This document shows, piece after piece, positions 63,601 through 64,000 of a stretch of DNA of 64,000 bases; the first letter of the stretch is position 1; every line of letters starts with the position of its first letter. This stretch comes from an uncultured Chloroflexia bacterium (GTDB lineage Bacteria; Chloroflexota; Limnocylindria; Limnocylindrales; CSP1-4). The position numbers were made by a program, and so were the translations under genes. Under the pieces are notes generated by a model. It had not been told where the DNA came from. It saw nothing but the letters and a program-made list of their open reading frames with translations, and searched no databases. The DNA is taken from assembly GCA_963750125.1 (NCBI GenBank), contig CAVVPT010000011.1, forward strand, positions 261,710-325,709. The letters run 5' to 3'.

Positions 63601-64000
63601 AGGGCAACGCCGTCCACCCGTTCCTCAGGCGGCGGCAGGGCCTGGAGCCTGTGACCTACCTGCACCCGAGCCTCGAGCCGGTGCTCAAGGATTCGATGGG
63701 CGTGATCCTCTACCAGGAGCAGGTCATGCGCATCGCAATCGAGGTCGCCGGCTTCTCGGCGGCCGATTTCGGACGGGTTCCGGCGGGCGATGGGCACGTG
63801 GCGCTCGACGCGCGAGATGGAGAAGCTCCACCAGCAGTTCTTCGAGGGCTGCATGCGCCAGCCCGGGATGACCGTCGAGATCGCCGAGGAGCTGTTCCGC
63901 CAGGTTGCCGCGTTCGCCAGCTTCGGCTTCGCGAAGAGCCACGCGGCCGCGTTCGCACGGACCGCCTACGAGTCGGCATTCCTCAAGCTGTTCTACCCGG
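60603..64000 (+). CDS. dnaE2: Error-prone DNA polymerase III alpha homologue DnaE2/ImuC (partial; runs off the window; frame break near 63,770; large internal insertion)
   Basis: This ORF is absent from the ORF track because it has no stop in the window. PHP motif AELHCHSNFSFLDGAS, then GRGSATSSIVSYTLGI, PDVDIDF, FPRHLSIHSGGM and KLDLLGLGML. After the break it continues RRAMGTWRSTREMEKL...FGFAKSHAAAFA. Confidence 0.9.
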   Translation, partial: MVRYAELHCHSNFSFLDGASPSDDLVERAVELGLSGLAVTDHDGLYGAVRFAAAAEAADLHPIVGTEIALLDPAVADPDAVVVPARRPRRRPRSRTPALDVNRVEDGHPSRPRPERARLPGHRDPVKEDFRGIRPGARGPRLVLLARDQAGWRSLTRLLSRGNLAGTKGAPQFRHALLEEHHEQVIGLSGGRSGEIGRRLLVGDRSGARAAAERLAGIFGEDGFCIELAHHLLPDDDWLVAESAALAADLRLPVVVTNAVHYATAEDREFHDVLTAIKHGRTLDTLADLRRPDAESYLKSGEALAALGHSLDPVAARAWHEGIERSVAIAAACHVDLGFEQYRFPGFPVPDGETPFSYLSELCWAGARHRYHPLTPAVVKRLANELDVIERAGLAEFFLICWDLMRFAKEEGIPAQGRGSATSSIVSYTLGISRVEPIAHNLLFERFINPGRTTYPDVDIDFSSARREEVIQYIYRLYGPEHTGMVCNLVTYRARSAVREVGYALGFPRPLVDRVAKALETYDSVMVRRDLEADGGFAEFFRRAGEGTPAEALAAAQAEAHGLVDGMGQLQQRVPLVGKVPPWRQPSKPEDPNAPRPFAWLREGESEVSDPHPVRGTEAEADDAAHLRTGRVIDANRTVTHAQTAPETVPSGDGTAPTTQAMRIRQESTAKAQTASEVVVAPFEDHFEAISSPELAALSVDSGEIHPTFGATTTGIGNRVELGPDRLAPVVELRRGGTSDDEGGPGDSPASVAWLRAGRGTGYGVLGPPPGAVPVDPDHGMPLPPPRRTDRLGRPNMWDPPAPPVQVLGRGGNTRGGHRHAGAETHSSVARVEPEEPPQARGGSTVGLSHWERWLEFCARIDGFPRHLSIHSGGMLVTAAPLIDIAPIERATMVDRVVVQFDKRDVETLKLIKLDLLGLGMLAAMDETLQLIQHDCAVCLDLDRLPEEVPEVFEMLGASDTVGVFQVESRAQMQTLPKSRPQSLDDLVVEVAIIRPGPIQGNAVHPFLRRRQGLEPVTYLHPSLEPVLKDSMGVILYQEQVMRIAIEVAGFSAADFGRVPAGDGHVALDARDGEAPPAVLRGLHAPARDDRRDRRGAVPPGCRVRQLRLREEPRGRVRTDRLRVGIPQAVLP

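Noticed and set aside
1-64000. Programmed ribosomal frameshifting or recoding as the explanation for the frame breaks
   Set aside because: There are far too many events, in unrelated genes and in both +1 and -1 directions. I saw no recurring slippery motif or downstream structure at the junctions I inspected. Indel error or decay is simpler.
1-64000. Prophage, insertion sequences, integrons or defence islands
   Set aside because: I recognised no integrase, transposase, recombinase, terminase, restriction-modification, Cas or other defence-type signatures in any frame. The accessory-looking parts are metabolic or encode small proteins.

Overview
High-GC (about 70% by eye) bacterial chromosomal segment, probably Actinomycetota-like or possibly Chloroflexota-like. 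That guess rests on GAAC-N4-GTTC LexA boxes, several apparently leaderless starts and LLM/F420-type enzymes. No rRNA genes, CRISPR arrays, transposases or integrases were recognised.

Gene content, left to right:
- 1-19.4 kb: a catabolic gene patch with molybdo-hydroxylase subunits, a truncated PPDK-like phosphotransferase, a GMC dehydrogenase with its small subunit, an ALDH, a LacI regulator, a CoA-transferase, an enoyl-CoA hydratase, an LLM oxidoreductase, an AroE-like enzyme, FAH and creatininase.
- 19.4-29.7 kb, minus strand: a GntR/HutC-linked sugar locus with a Gfo/Idh/MocA oxidoreductase, a TIM-barrel isomerase, DeoC, a SIS protein, a CUT2-type ABC importer and a ROK kinase.
- 30-42 kb: a housekeeping core of rho, a LysM-M23 peptidase, obg, nadD and rsfS, then comEA-comEC-HD-holA on the opposite strand.
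- 42-46.5 kb: a small-protein cluster with msrB, a three-blade propeller, micropeptides, a CGNR regulator and an ECF sigma factor with a PD40 partner.
- 48.6-55.7 kb: leuS, two tRNA-Ala genes, a two-component system and aroK.
- 57-64 kb: an SOS-boxed imuA-imuB ... dnaE2 mutagenesis cassette.

Main caveat: by manual tracing I count roughly 40 +/-1 frame breaks in otherwise intact genes, concentrated at 20.1-22.5 kb. Many ORF-track entries are therefore fragments or false fusions, and break coordinates are approximate.

Most interesting leads:
- a roughly 290-aa in-frame insertion in DnaE2 whose core has atypical codon usage;
- small membrane-protein genes that share the dnaE2 SOS box;
- a micropeptide / 74-aa protein / three-blade propeller / msrB string controlled from a palindrome-rich, low-GC region next to a CGNR regulator;
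- a PPDK-like enzyme translationally coupled to a molybdo-hydroxylase.

All calls come from reading the translations and sequence by eye. No database search was run.
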